From the human T2T-CHM13v2.0 reference genome, Homo sapiens: a stretch of DNA of 64,000 nt. The notes below the pieces were generated by a model. It made no database searches and was not told the DNA's origin. It saw nothing but the letters and a program-made list of their open reading frames with translations. A program made the position numbers and the translations under genes. Where the stretch lies: the NCBI RefSeq assembly GCF_009914755.1, contig NC_060930.1. One strand, 5' to 3'. Shown here piece by piece: positions 22,509-35,639 of the stretch. Every line of letters begins with the position of its first letter. The stretch's first letter is position 1.

Positions 22509-23493
22509 TAAAGGACATCAGTGATCTAGTATTTTTATTTATTGCAAATTATACAATAAAATTTGTACTTGATCATAAGCTTTTGTAAGATATTAAATTT
22601 TTTGAGACTAGAAAAACCAAATGAATAATATCCTACAGTCAGTCAAATTATTTGATATACAAATACAATGGGTTTCCTGAGGCGTCTGAGGAGGCTTGCG
22701 GAAGCTGTGTGAGAGGCGTTTTTATTTATCTAACGGTTTCTTCTTGTGCATTCATCTTCATGGCAGATTGGGGCTGGAGAGCAGCAGAGGTTTGGACCTT
22801 GTCAGAGGTGCATTTTTTATTGTGGTTTTTGTTATTTTTAAGACATTATTTGACCAAGAAGCATCAGTTCTGAATCAGGGCAATGACTTTCTCACTTTGG
22901 ATTTATTGTGCCCTTATTTATTTAAGATGAGCTGAAAGAGGCCACCAGCAGAGGACACCCAAGAAGTCCTTACAACTGGTAGAGGAAGCAAGGAGAAGAC
23001 AAAAAGGGGAAAATGCCCATCCACCCCACACTGCTAAATCTGTGAGATGACTGGTTTTTACCAAAATGAAATTAAAATTGAAGTGGGAGAAGAATCTTAG
23101 TGAACCAGAATGTTTCTAAGAAATTCGGACTCAGTGGCTACTGTGAATGCGTAGCTCAGATATCCCTGACCCGATGGTGTTTCCTGGTGCAGCAGGGCTG
23201 GCAGGGGCAACGTAGGAGGTAGAGTCTTCCTCACTGCAAGAGGGAATGGAAGACGCACGCCCGCAATCGCTGGGAAAACCAAACCCCAACTGGTTGCTCT
23301 GACAGCCTGCTGTCCTGACAGTTTGTCCTCAGGAACAGCAGACAAGTCCCCCAGGGGTGGGAGCTTGACAGCCAACAGCCACAATTGCCTGAGACACTGT
23401 GCTGGTGACAGGCAGGCAGGCTCCTTTGAGGCACTACTAAAGTCTTTTTGTAACCAAATAGGCAAGTCTTTTTTCTAATATCAGACATATATA

Positions 23494-23773
23494 TTTGAGA
23501 CAGGGTCTTGTTGTGTCTCCCAGGCTGGAGTGCAGTGGTGTGATCAGGCTCACTACAGCCTCAACTTCCTGGGCTCAAGCAATCCTCCCACCTCAGCACC
23601 CCAAGTAGCTGGGACTACAGGTGTACACCACACCCAGCTAATTAAATTTTTTTTGTAGAGATAGGGCTTTGCTATGTTGCCTAGGCTGATCTCAAACTCC
23701 TGGACTCAAGCAATCCTCCCAGCTTGGCCTCCCAAAGTGCTGGGATTACAGGTATGAGCCTTTGTGTCCAGCC
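23494..23773 (-). mobile_element. AluJ-like
   Basis: gagacagggtcttg...ctcactacagcctcaacttcctgggctcaagcaatcctccc (AluJ-like diagnostic sequence). Confidence 0.9.
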
Positions 23774-23938
23774 AAAACTGAAAGTTTTTTAGAAAAACAT
23801 AACTGTATTAGTCCTCAGGTTTTTTAAATTGCAAATGCATAGAACAGAATCATAACAAGTGTGGAAAATAATAAATCTAAGGCTGAAAGAAAAATGTCAG
23901 AAGAATCCACTTCAGGTTGACTTGGCCATCTTAGTAAA

Positions 23939-24514
23939 TGACAGAGTTGGAGCACTGTCATCTTGGACAAACACCACCACTTTAAGTTCCAGCTCCCTTT
24001 CTAGCCTCATGCATTTCAAGGAAATCACTTCTCTTCTAACAACAAGCAGTCAGAAAGAGCAGACAGTAAAACACAGATAAGACAGCTCAGGCACAGAGGC
24101 AGGTGTGGGGAAGTCTCTTGGGTAACTGCCAAACTTCACCCTCATAAAATGGGCCCCAGTAAAACAGTGGGCATTAATAAGCACATTCTTTTCTCTTCAG
24201 GTGCACTAAGATAGGGAAGCTAAAAGCAGAACTCGGGGGTGGATTAAGCGGGGGTATGCCTGCAGCTGCAGAAAGATGTATGGGAACAGACACAACCCTC
24301 CCTCCCAGATAAGCACAACAAGGAGACACAGAAGCAGTCCAAGCCTCTGATAAACGTTCCCTCCCTGAATCCTTAAAAACTCTTAGTCTATAAGAGAAAG
24401 TGCCTCTGACCTCACTCGGCCAGAAGCCCCTCTCAGGTTTATTCTCTAAAATAAACCTGTCTTTGACTGTCGAGCCACTTTTCGTGTTTTTTTCCTCTTT
24501 CTTTAATTCTTACA
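23939..24514 (+). mobile_element. ERV1 solo LTR (MER66-like, tentative)
   Basis: tgacagagttggagcactgtcatcttggacaaac ... aataaacctgtctttgactg ... ctttaattcttaca; TG...CA ends, AATAAA, gtaa-like flanks. Confidence 0.7.
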
Positions 24515-24718
24515 GTAAGGAGAACCTTGGAGCATCGGGACTTTTAACTCTGTCTTTATGTATTTCTATCCTTGGGCACAATGAGCACATATAATTTTAT
24601 AATTTAAAAAATCAGATAGAGAAAGCTTTAAGTGAAAATTGTTCTATTCTGTGATGCCTGAAGGTTAGTTGCACAAGGCAGAATTTTCCATGCCCTTCTA
24701 TCAGGTCTGCAGTAGCAG

Positions 24719-24720
<2 letters not shown>

Positions 24721-24757
<37 letters not shown>

Positions 24758-24760
24758 TGT
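24721..24760. repeat. (GT)n microsatellite
   Basis: About 17 consecutive GT units. Confidence 0.95.
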
Positions 24761-27042
24761 TGGGGCGGGGTGGGAGGAACAGCATAAAGTCAGCTAAATG
24801 TGAGACAGCTCTGGGTCCTTCCAACATTACTGGTAAACAAATACATGCCATGTCAACACACCCTGTTGGAAATGTGTAGTTCATAGTCTAATGATATTAA
24901 AGAACCAGTCTGCAGGGTGAATCCCCCTTAAGCTTCATGAAAGCCACCTAGATGTGCACCAGTCTACTGGTGCATTACCCAGCTGCCAAGTGTCCTGAGA
25001 AGGGGATTAATAATTTGTCCACAATACCAAGTACTTGAAATTTTTTCTCTCTCAATTTCCTGAAGAAATCAACAACACTAACAAGCTGTACGTACCAGAG
25101 TCAGCTAGCAATGCTCTGGAAACAATAGCAGGCTCTTTAGTCCCAGCTGAAGGAACAAGTCTTTCATTCTCTGCAATCCCATCTGGGGATGTTATTGGTG
25201 CTATTACAGTTAAAGAAATCCATGCATTGCAGAACAGTTAAAAATCTGAAACACTGGTCTGTAGAATGAAAGAGTGACTCAGGATGTTTTGATCAACCCA
25301 ATCAACATGAAGCAATCTAAGTACCTATGGACGTTCATGTCAGCAAGCCCAGCACAGCCCCAGCAAGCCACACAGGACGCTTCTGTTTATGCATCCCACA
25401 GATGTGGTCCAAAAAAGACAAATGGTACTGATTGGAGTCTGTTTCGTTAAAAACTGACTCTGAAGGAGTTTCTCATAGAGAAAGATCCGAACCATTTTGA
25501 GCTTCGGAGAATTTGGTTGGACCTGGAGGAGGGGCTGGCTTGAGAGAGAGGGAAGTGAGCAGGGAACCTTCCAGCACTTTGCAAAGCCCAGGGCAAGTGG
25601 GTTTCCTCCTCTTCCCTCCCGCTCACCAGCTCTCTCCTTCCTCTTCCTCCAGGGCTGGCAGGGCAGAGGTGACACCAGTGGGCGTCAGCTGACCCTGTTC
25701 CTTCCATGCCCAAGTCTTCCCTCATTCTGGGTGCCCTGCCCACCCCTCTCCCACCTCTTCAAACACTTCACGCCCTCCCTTCTCCTCGTTAAAAAAATCC
25801 CAGTAGCTTACTATGGAGCAAATGAGCCATCTCCAGTTGCCTTGCCGTGCTCACCCTAATGGTACTGACTGTGTTTTACAGCAAAAATAGAATCTTCAGC
25901 CATCATCACTAAGTACGTGCTCATGGGGTTCAGTGCTGGGGGAGGCTATGGAAAATTGAGACATCAGGCAATTCCAGCCAGCCTATTCCCAGGTCTCCAG
26001 TACCACTGGAAACACGCTCCCCTGGGTTCAGAAAGCACAAGACTATTTCTTAGAGATCTTCACGTAATTAGAACTCGCTCTATCCCTTCATTTCCCAGCT
26101 CCTCATTTATCATCCTAACCAGATCTATTTTAAAACAAAGGTAAGTGTAACCTAAAAACTACACACAGCAAAATATCACTGGTGTGATCACAATATTCTC
26201 CTGTGCTGTTGCACAAGGTGCTACCCTGAGAAGATTGAGAATGCATTCTTCTAAAATTCTGGTAAATATTTTATTGTCGACATGCAACTATAGTTTCTTC
26301 TGGAAGTTGCTGGGCTGCAAGCCCAGATAGGTATCCCTAGAAAAGGTGCTCATAACTTTCTATCTCCACAAAATATATGCCTGCTGTTGAGAGTAGGGAG
26401 ATAAAGTCATCTCTTTAGTGCGGCTTTGACTATAGCCCCGGCTGCCCCCTGGATCCAGTTGGCCTGAGAGCATCATGATTTGTAACAAATATGAAACTAT
26501 GTGAGCTCATCTGTTCTTCAGTTTTCTTTAATTGACACTTCCACTCCTCTCGATGTCCCTCCGCAGACCCTGGGATGACACAGAAGCGGGCGCTCGTTGT
26601 CCTTTAAGTGGATGAACGAGGCCCTTTGTCTGAAGTCCCTGTCTCCTGTGTGCTGCGTGTGCTCTTTTTCTGCGGCATGACGACACCGCAGATGAGGAGA
26701 GCCACAAAGGACAGCGAGTGTCTCGGAACTCTGTGGTTCCATTGTCTCCGCGGCGCTGGGCTGCAGTCAAGCCAGGCTCACCCTTGCAGGGCTGCACCAA
26801 GGGACGAGATGTGACGGTGACAGACGATGGCCAAGGCCATCTTACCGAGTGCCAGGCACGGGCCTCGGCACCTGCTGTGCTCTGTCTGGGGAAGCGGGCA
26901 CAGAGATGAAGCGGCCCCACGGCGGTCCCTCCCCAAGAAAGGGGTGGACCTGGGACCGGAGCCAGCACAGGGGACCCATGGCCCCCGTCAGAGCCGTCCA
27001 GTGCCCCTCAGCGCCTGTCCTCCTTCTCGTTTTCCCAGATAG

Positions 27043-27376
<334 letters not shown>

Positions 27377-28414
27377 TCGTATAAGTGTTTTTTAAACAAC
27401 TCCCTGGAGTAAAGATTTCCTGCTTTCATGATGCTAACTCAGGAACCCCATGCCGACCCCTCCATCGTGAGCTATAGTAAGGAAACAGGCCGTTTTCTCT
27501 AATCCCCAAACAGTCTTAACTCGAATGTTGCTGGCCTCTCGACCATGAAGCAACAGTGGCAAGTGCATGTTGGGAGGTAGTCCAAAGTAGATTTGCAGGG
27601 ATGTTTCCCTCCCTGCTCCAACAGGACATCCCTATGGGGTGAGGTACAGAGAGGGGCACACCCAGCCCAGCTCCCTCCACTGACCCCAGGCCCTGAGGCA
27701 GGCACCATCCAGAAGGGAGCCATGTCTGCCTTGAACTGGCTATGAGTTGGTTGTTGCCACTCCTACCTGAGTGATGGGGGACCCCTCCCAAAGAGTTTCC
27801 CCGCCTTTATCTACAAGACTGACAAAGCAGTTGTGTCCAGTCAGTGATGAATGTGAGACCTCGGAAATTAAGGTGAGTCTTCTTATTGATGTTACTAGAA
27901 GGCGGGAGGGGCTGTGGGAAGCTGATCTCTTGCACAGATCTACAGGGGCGGAGAGGTGAGCTAAAGTCCAGAGCTTGCTCAGAGAGGGCAGTGGGTGTTG
28001 GAGGGGGACTGGGGTTCTCACGCCCCAGGGACCAGGCATCCCCCTCTCCATGAATGCTGTGGCCATGCAAATTAGGCTCTCGTTTGCAAAAGGGAAAGAT
28101 TTTTTCAAAACATTTGAGATGATGTGTGCTGGGGGAGTTCTGTATATCTATTCTTTCGATGAAGGAAATAAAAGCAAAATCCTCCTTGCGTCCACTCCTA
28201 CAAAGAACATTGTAAATCACAGAATTTCAGCCTCAGTCATGTGTATATTGGCTGTTTTTAATTATGGCAAAGAAGGTATTGACCACAGAAAAAATATCTT
28301 TCTAAAATCACAGTGGGAAATGAGGGTGAGTTCTCACTCTGCATGACACTGTGGGCAGTGGGCTGGAAGGGCTGTGGCCCGGGCCTCTTTCTGTTCACGG
28401 CGTGTCTGCGGATC

Positions 28415-28600
28415 CTTTTCACATCTGTAGGATCTGTAGTTATATCCCTTCTTTCATTCCTCGTCTTGATAATTTGTTATTTTTTTTTTCTTGATCAATC
28501 TTGCTAAGGGTTGCTTAATCTAATCTTATTTTTAAAGAATCAGCTTCGGACCTTGTTAATCCTCCCTATTGTCCTATTTTGCTGATTTCTGCTGTGGTCA
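28415..28600 (-). mobile_element. Old L1 fragment
   Basis: tctgtaggatctgtagttatatcccttctttcattcct...tttaaagaatcagctt resembles antisense L1M ORF2. Confidence 0.5.
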
Positions 28601-28839
28601 TTATCCATCAAAGGTTTTAAATCTATGGTCCATGGAACCCTCAAGGTCCTAAATCCACTTCCTGGGAGGCTCCTGAAGTCCTACCTGGTCTCCCACTGGC
28701 CCCACAGCACTGGGACAGGCCCTTTGCATACTGGTTAGGAACTTGTACTCAGGCCAACCTGGGCATGAGCCCAGCTGTAAAACTAAATAGGTGTGAGGTG
28801 AATCTGTCAGTTGCTTTACCCTCAGAGACTCATTTTCTT

Positions 28840-29142
<303 letters not shown>

Positions 29143-29807
29143 AGAGACTCATTTTCTATACCTGTAAAGGCAAAGAAGGTTGCTGTGAGGCTCAAGCTTG
29201 CCCATGCATGCAAAGTAGTCAGCACCAGCATCTCGACGCTCTACCTGTTGGTGGATATGTGAGAAGCCACCTCCAGGACTTATGCAGATGTTATGAATTT
29301 TGAGTATGATGCATAATGATTAAATCAAGCTAATTAATCTATCCATCACTTCAAAAGTTTGACATTTTTGTGATGAGAACGTTTGAGATTTTCTCTCTTA
29401 GTGATATGGAAATGTACAGTCTGTGTCCTTTTAATTCGGTGGCCTCCCCCTAGAAGGGAAAGGAAGATAACTGCTGAGTCAGCTAGAGACAGCATATGGT
29501 CATGGCTTTAGCGAAAAAAGAAGAGAAAGTTAAAAGCAAATGAAAATTGCCAAGAAGTGATCAGAAGAAGAAAAAAGAGAGAAGGTGGGGAAAAGAAAAA
29601 GAAAACTTTTTAAGAAGAGAAAGCAAGACAGAGTGTTTCTCTGTACACATGCATCAGAATGCAGACAGACGGCTGGAGCCGCAGGGCTGTGGGCCAGCAG
29701 GCAGTGGAGAACAGCCTGGCCGGGCCTGCGCCCTGCACAGGTTCATTAAGGGACTATGCCTTAGATTATCTGCCTGGCCCACAGATTCTGTCAAAAATTT
29801 CAGAGCA

Positions 29808-30172
<365 letters not shown>

Positions 30173-30509
30173 TTAGGTTACAGACTTCAGTCCTGGCTTG
30201 AACATTTCTGACTAGTTCGGCAAATTCTTTCATCTCCACATTCTTGTAGGTAGAAATAAAAAGGTTGAACTAATTAATTTTTCAAATTTCAATAAAAACT
30301 CTTCTATTTTTATGCTTCCAAAAGTTATGTGTTTCTGTGCATGCTTGCGTATGTGTGCACGAGTGTGTTTGTGCGCATGTGTACATTTGTGTACGTGTGT
30401 GTTTGTGTATGTGTGCTGTGTGTGCACCTAAGTGGTGGGAAGAAGCTGAGGATCTTATCTTGCTATCATATTCCATAAGTGGCCTTAAAAAGCAACTGAA
30501 ACCACAGAC

Positions 30510-30886
30510 CACGTTCTGGGTTGGATCTTGTCCCCAACACCCCCAAATTAATATTAATATATCAAAGCTCTAAATGCACTGTGACTATATTTGCAGAGAG
30601 TGCCTTTAAGGAGGTAATTTTAAGGTTAAACGGGCACATACGTGAGGGCTGTGATCCAACAGAACTGGCATCCCTGTAGGAGAAGGAAGAGATACCAAGG
30701 CTCTATGAGGACGCAGTGTGGGAGGCGGCCGTCTGCAAGCTAGGAAAGAGGCCTCACCAGGGACTAGCCTTGCCGGCATCTTGATTCTGAACATCCAGCC
30801 TCCAGAACTATAAGAAAATAAGTATCTGTTTTTTAAGCCGCCCAGTGTGTGGTATTCTGTTAAATTGGCCCAAGTAAACAAATACA
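30510..30886 (+). mobile_element. ERVL-MaLR LTR (MLT1A/B-type)
   Basis: gtgactatatttg...ctttaaggaggtaatt...catcttgattctgaacatccagcctccagaactataagaaaataa...taagccgcccagtgtgtggtattctgtta. Confidence 0.8.
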
Positions 30887-32262
30887 GATCAATGGCTGTC
30901 CTAAAGAACCGCTCAATATTGACTGTCCTCAAACCAAAGTCATTGCTCTCGGCAGACCTGGATACACCTTTGGACATGCTGACCCATTAGATTACGTAAG
31001 GAACAGTTCCAGTTAGTTTTGTGTCTCAGATACCCTTCATCCTGTAGAGGCAGGGTAAATATTTTTTGAATGAATAATAACTGAACAATTCTGGGCCTGC
31101 TGGCATACTATCCTGCTCAAAGTGAAATACTCAACAGATACTTGTTATAATTTCCTCGTAAAATCAGGTGTTGAGCTCCATGCACTGTCTGGGGTTGGCT
31201 TTTCAGGACACGCCCATGCATCTGCAGTTCTCAGAGCCTGCCTCCCGCTCTGGTGACAGGATGGCATCAGGAGTGGCATCAGGAGTGGCATCGGGAGTGG
31301 CATGTGCTGTGTTGTAGAAGCTTGTATCTGGGAGGCTCTCATAATTATGCTGACAGAGGTAGATGAGGGAAGACCTAGGACACAGTCATCAAGGGCGGGG
31401 ACTCCGGATGAATGAGATGTGGGGCAAGGCCCCCCAGAAGTGGAGTGGCCAGCACTCCCAATTCTATGAGCTGGACGGTGCCTAGGCTGATGACATGGGG
31501 TCACTTTAGTTATTTTTGGTCATTGCATCCTACCCTCCCTGCCGTGAAAACACATGGCCAGGAAGGGAGACATGACTACCTAGAAAAGGAGACTCTATAT
31601 TGACAGAGTCGCATTGCAGGGTCTCTTGTGAGAGGACACAGTTGGTTAAATCCACCTTCAATAAAATCTGCCTGAAGTATTTCCTGAGCCTGGTCGTGTA
31701 TTTCTTGCCATATAGCAATGGCTCCCAACCTGGTGGCACATCAGCCCTTTCCCAGATCTACTGAATTAGTATCCCTAGGTCTGAGGTCTGGAATATCTGT
31801 TTCTTAAAACACTTCCCATCCATTTCAGATGCAGCTAACCCAGCCTTTACAGCAGGCACTAGGAGCCAACATGGTATGGATGAAACCAGCAGTTTGATTG
31901 TTCTAGGGTCTCTTAGTTCTGATACAGGAAGTACTGATAGATAAACCTACACTGAAGAAGGTTCTTTGGCTTCCCTCAATACTTTTTTTCCCTTCAATAA
32001 TTTTTGAGACTAGAAAGAGGTCACGAGACCAAACATTTAAGGACTGATGTCGAATTGTCTGAGGTACTAGGGCAGTACTTGCTAAATATTTGAGCAGATC
32101 TAAAACTGCTTCCTGAAGATTCCCTACTGTATTTTGTAGGTTTCCATCCACACCACCTCCATAAGGTGGGATGGTCCAGTTCCAGCAAGGATGTCGCTGA
32201 TAATGACCCCACTGGCTTTCATCAAGAGCTAATAGTAATGTAAAGAACATTTAGGCATCTTT

Positions 32263-32703
<441 letters not shown>

Positions 32704-34241
32704 TTAAACTTTGTCTCTGCTACCAGGAAGCTCAGAGCTAAATTTTGTGCTCATAACATAATAATTAAGTGTGAGATAAGAAGGCAAAACACAATAGACA
32801 TTTTAATTTTTTAATTCCTCAGGAATATAAAAGTGTAGGTGTGCATTAAATGGTTAAAGATAAAAATCTCAGAATGCTGTAACTAGGGAGGTTTCGAATG
32901 TGCACAAGAGTGCCAGAGTTTTTTGAGTAGTAAAGACTTTTTTGAAATAGTAAAAATTACAATTAACTTTGAGCTGGGGGAACGCTTCGCATATTGCCTC
33001 ATAATCCTCACCAGGGTCACCTATGTTCAACTATCCCCACAGACAGAAGAGGAAACAGACATGGAAGTTTAATGAAAGATGTGGATAAATGACAGCATCA
33101 GTGTGGCAACTCCAGCCTCTAGGGCACCAAAACCCACCTTGAACCATGGTGCGGTACCTTCTCCCACACAATGCTGAGGGGCGCTCTGACTCCAAGCCAG
33201 ACCAAGGGGCCTCCACTACAGGCCATGGGAGCAGCTGTGCCCTTACCCAGGCAGCATCTGGACAGAGGCCATGCTGGGGAACCACATCAATCCAGGTTTC
33301 CCAGAGGTCACAAAGGCCTGTGTGTGCATTTCTGTTGATGCAAAAGTGTCCTTGCTTACTAGAGAGACTGTTATTTTCAGACTTTCTTTGAATGATATAC
33401 CACGGTTGGCTGAAATTACCATGCTGAAAAGCAAAGATCCCACAGATCACCCACCCTAAACTGAACTGCATGATTTCTACGGAAACCCCACAACTAATGG
33501 TTCTGACAACTTGGCATCCACTTTTCTAGAAATAAGGCAGATCAACATAAAAACCTATCTTAAAGTGCCAGCTATTCTCTAAATAGAGGGAATTAAGTCA
33601 CATATATGCTCAATCTTTGGAACTGGCAACACTTTTACTTACATAGTGGCACCCAATTTTCTCTCCTGGGATAGAAGTCCTCCTCAGTCCCTGCTATGAG
33701 ATATTACAGTTATGGGAGAATTTGATAATAATATAATAGTAATCTAATAGTCTAGCAATTATTCAAATTGACTCTTTAATTTCTGATTGGTATGACCTAC
33801 CAGTATGAAATTACTTTAGGCAAAATAAAAAAAATATTCTAGTGAGTGTATATAGGAGGAGTCCTTAACCTGGAACCCATGAGCTTCTTAAAATATATGC
33901 AAATTATATGCAATGTTTTGTTGCTATGTGGTACACGGTTTTAGGAGTCCTTTTGGAATATAGCTTTCACGGGGATTTGTGGCCCCATAAAAGGTCAAAT
34001 GTCATTGCCAAATAACCTTACAGTATTTGACTATCTTAAAAAATCCTGGTAGTGATTTTTAAAAATTCTAGTAGTGATTAAAACCAGCAAACCTTTTTCA
34101 GCTCCTGGAAATCCCAGAACCTTAGGTTGAGTGCCACTATGAAGAAATCATGTCATGTGAATTGTAAATCCCTCAGTAGTCTCTTCCTGACCAGTTTTCA
34201 GTGTCCCCCTCAAAAAGAATCACAAGTCACTGAATTTCTCT

Positions 34242-34247
34242 TTTATT
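34242..34247 (-). terminator. PRR18: Candidate poly(A) signal (AATAAA) for PRR18
   Basis: tttatt on + strand ~1.9 kb downstream of the PRR18 stop. Other candidates at ~34357 and 35331; use cannot be decided from sequence alone. Confidence 0.45.
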
Positions 34248-35095
34248 TAAGCATTAAGAAATTGGAGCATAGCGACTTAGAAAACTTTCTCAAAATGTCC
34301 TTAACAGCAATGAAAAGATATCATGTGTCACGTGTAAAACCTTTTTTCTGTTTGTTTTTTATTGAGGCTCATTGACCAGGGAAACATAAATGTTCCACTC
34401 ATCTGCTTTTAAAGTAGAGAACAAGGCCCACAAACTCTATTTAATAAATACAAATTACTAAAAATGCGCTTAGTGTTGTATTGTGGCCAGTTAAGAACAG
34501 GAGATGCTGGGACAGAGCCTACAGAAAGGGCGGGAGAAGAAAGGAAATCAAAATGAAGCAGCTGACAGGGACGTCAGGGAGACACACAGGTGCAGTGACA
34601 GCCACACTGCAGCAGAAGCTCAGCTTGGAAGACAGAGGCTGCAGAAAGTCGGTCCCTCTAGGATGCCACCAGGGAAAAGTCTTCAAAATGTTGTTGTTAC
34701 TGTGACCAAGGGCAGAAGTCTAGGCATCTTAATTATTGGTATTTGCACTAAGTGCAAGACGAGACCAAGTTGAGCCACTCCTGCCCTCGGCTCGGAGTCA
34801 GTGCACTCTTGCTCCACCCTCTCAGCTCCAGACCGTGTGCCCTGCCCAGGACGGCGCACTCAGAGACCATCTGGGTGGGGGTGGAACAAGAGCAGCACCG
34901 TCACTTGCATAAGCATTGCTAGTTTTGCCCCTCTAGAATTAATATATTCATTTTAAGTAAAAGAAAACTTATCTCCAAATTCAAAGAAGTTATTCAATGG
35001 GTAGGTTTTTTTCTGTTTTTGCAACTCATCTGGCAGCTGACCTAGCTCCCAATGAATTAAATGCTTCACATCTAACTAAATGTGTGCCTAGAATT

Positions 35096-35130
35096 AGAGA
35101 GAGAGAGAGAGAGAGACAGTGTGTGTGTGT
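35096..35130. repeat. (GA)n(GT)n compound microsatellite
   Basis: agagagagagagagagagagacagtgtgtgtgtgt. Confidence 0.9.
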
Positions 35131-35639
35131 TATTAGAGCAAAGACCTCCACAAGAAAAATACAAAATCTGTTTTAAAAATGTAAGGCTTCAATTTAAAAT
35201 ACAATTAAGACTTGATACATTTAAAGTCTATCAAGATAAACATTAAACCAGTTATTGGCTTTTACAAAGTCAGTCAAAAATTGAGGTAATACATTACTCT
35301 TTTATAACCAGCCTTATCTGATTATAACATTTTATTTCCTTCTCATCCTTCTAGTTAGATATTCTCAGATACATGGAAGAAATATGTAGAAATCAGCCTC
35401 CAGTTAGCGGGGGAAAGGATATGGTTACGAAACAGCGGAGGAGCTTTACTCTCTATTCAAATAATACACAGAAAAAATGTAATCAGCCGAGCGGTTTCCA
35501 TGGAAGCGCTCATTGACCAGGGCTCACCAGCGCCTGGCGATGCCTACCCTTCCGCTTTGGAGACTGGAAATTCGGTTAACTGAGTTTCAGGGATGTCTAA
35601 TACCCTCAACATTTTTCTGACTTGGGAGAAAACAAAATC

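Noticed and set aside
31263-31303. Short tandem duplications (12-bp x3 here; 24-bp at ~10206; 20-bp at ~40383)
   Set aside because: Ordinary slippage events with no further structure.
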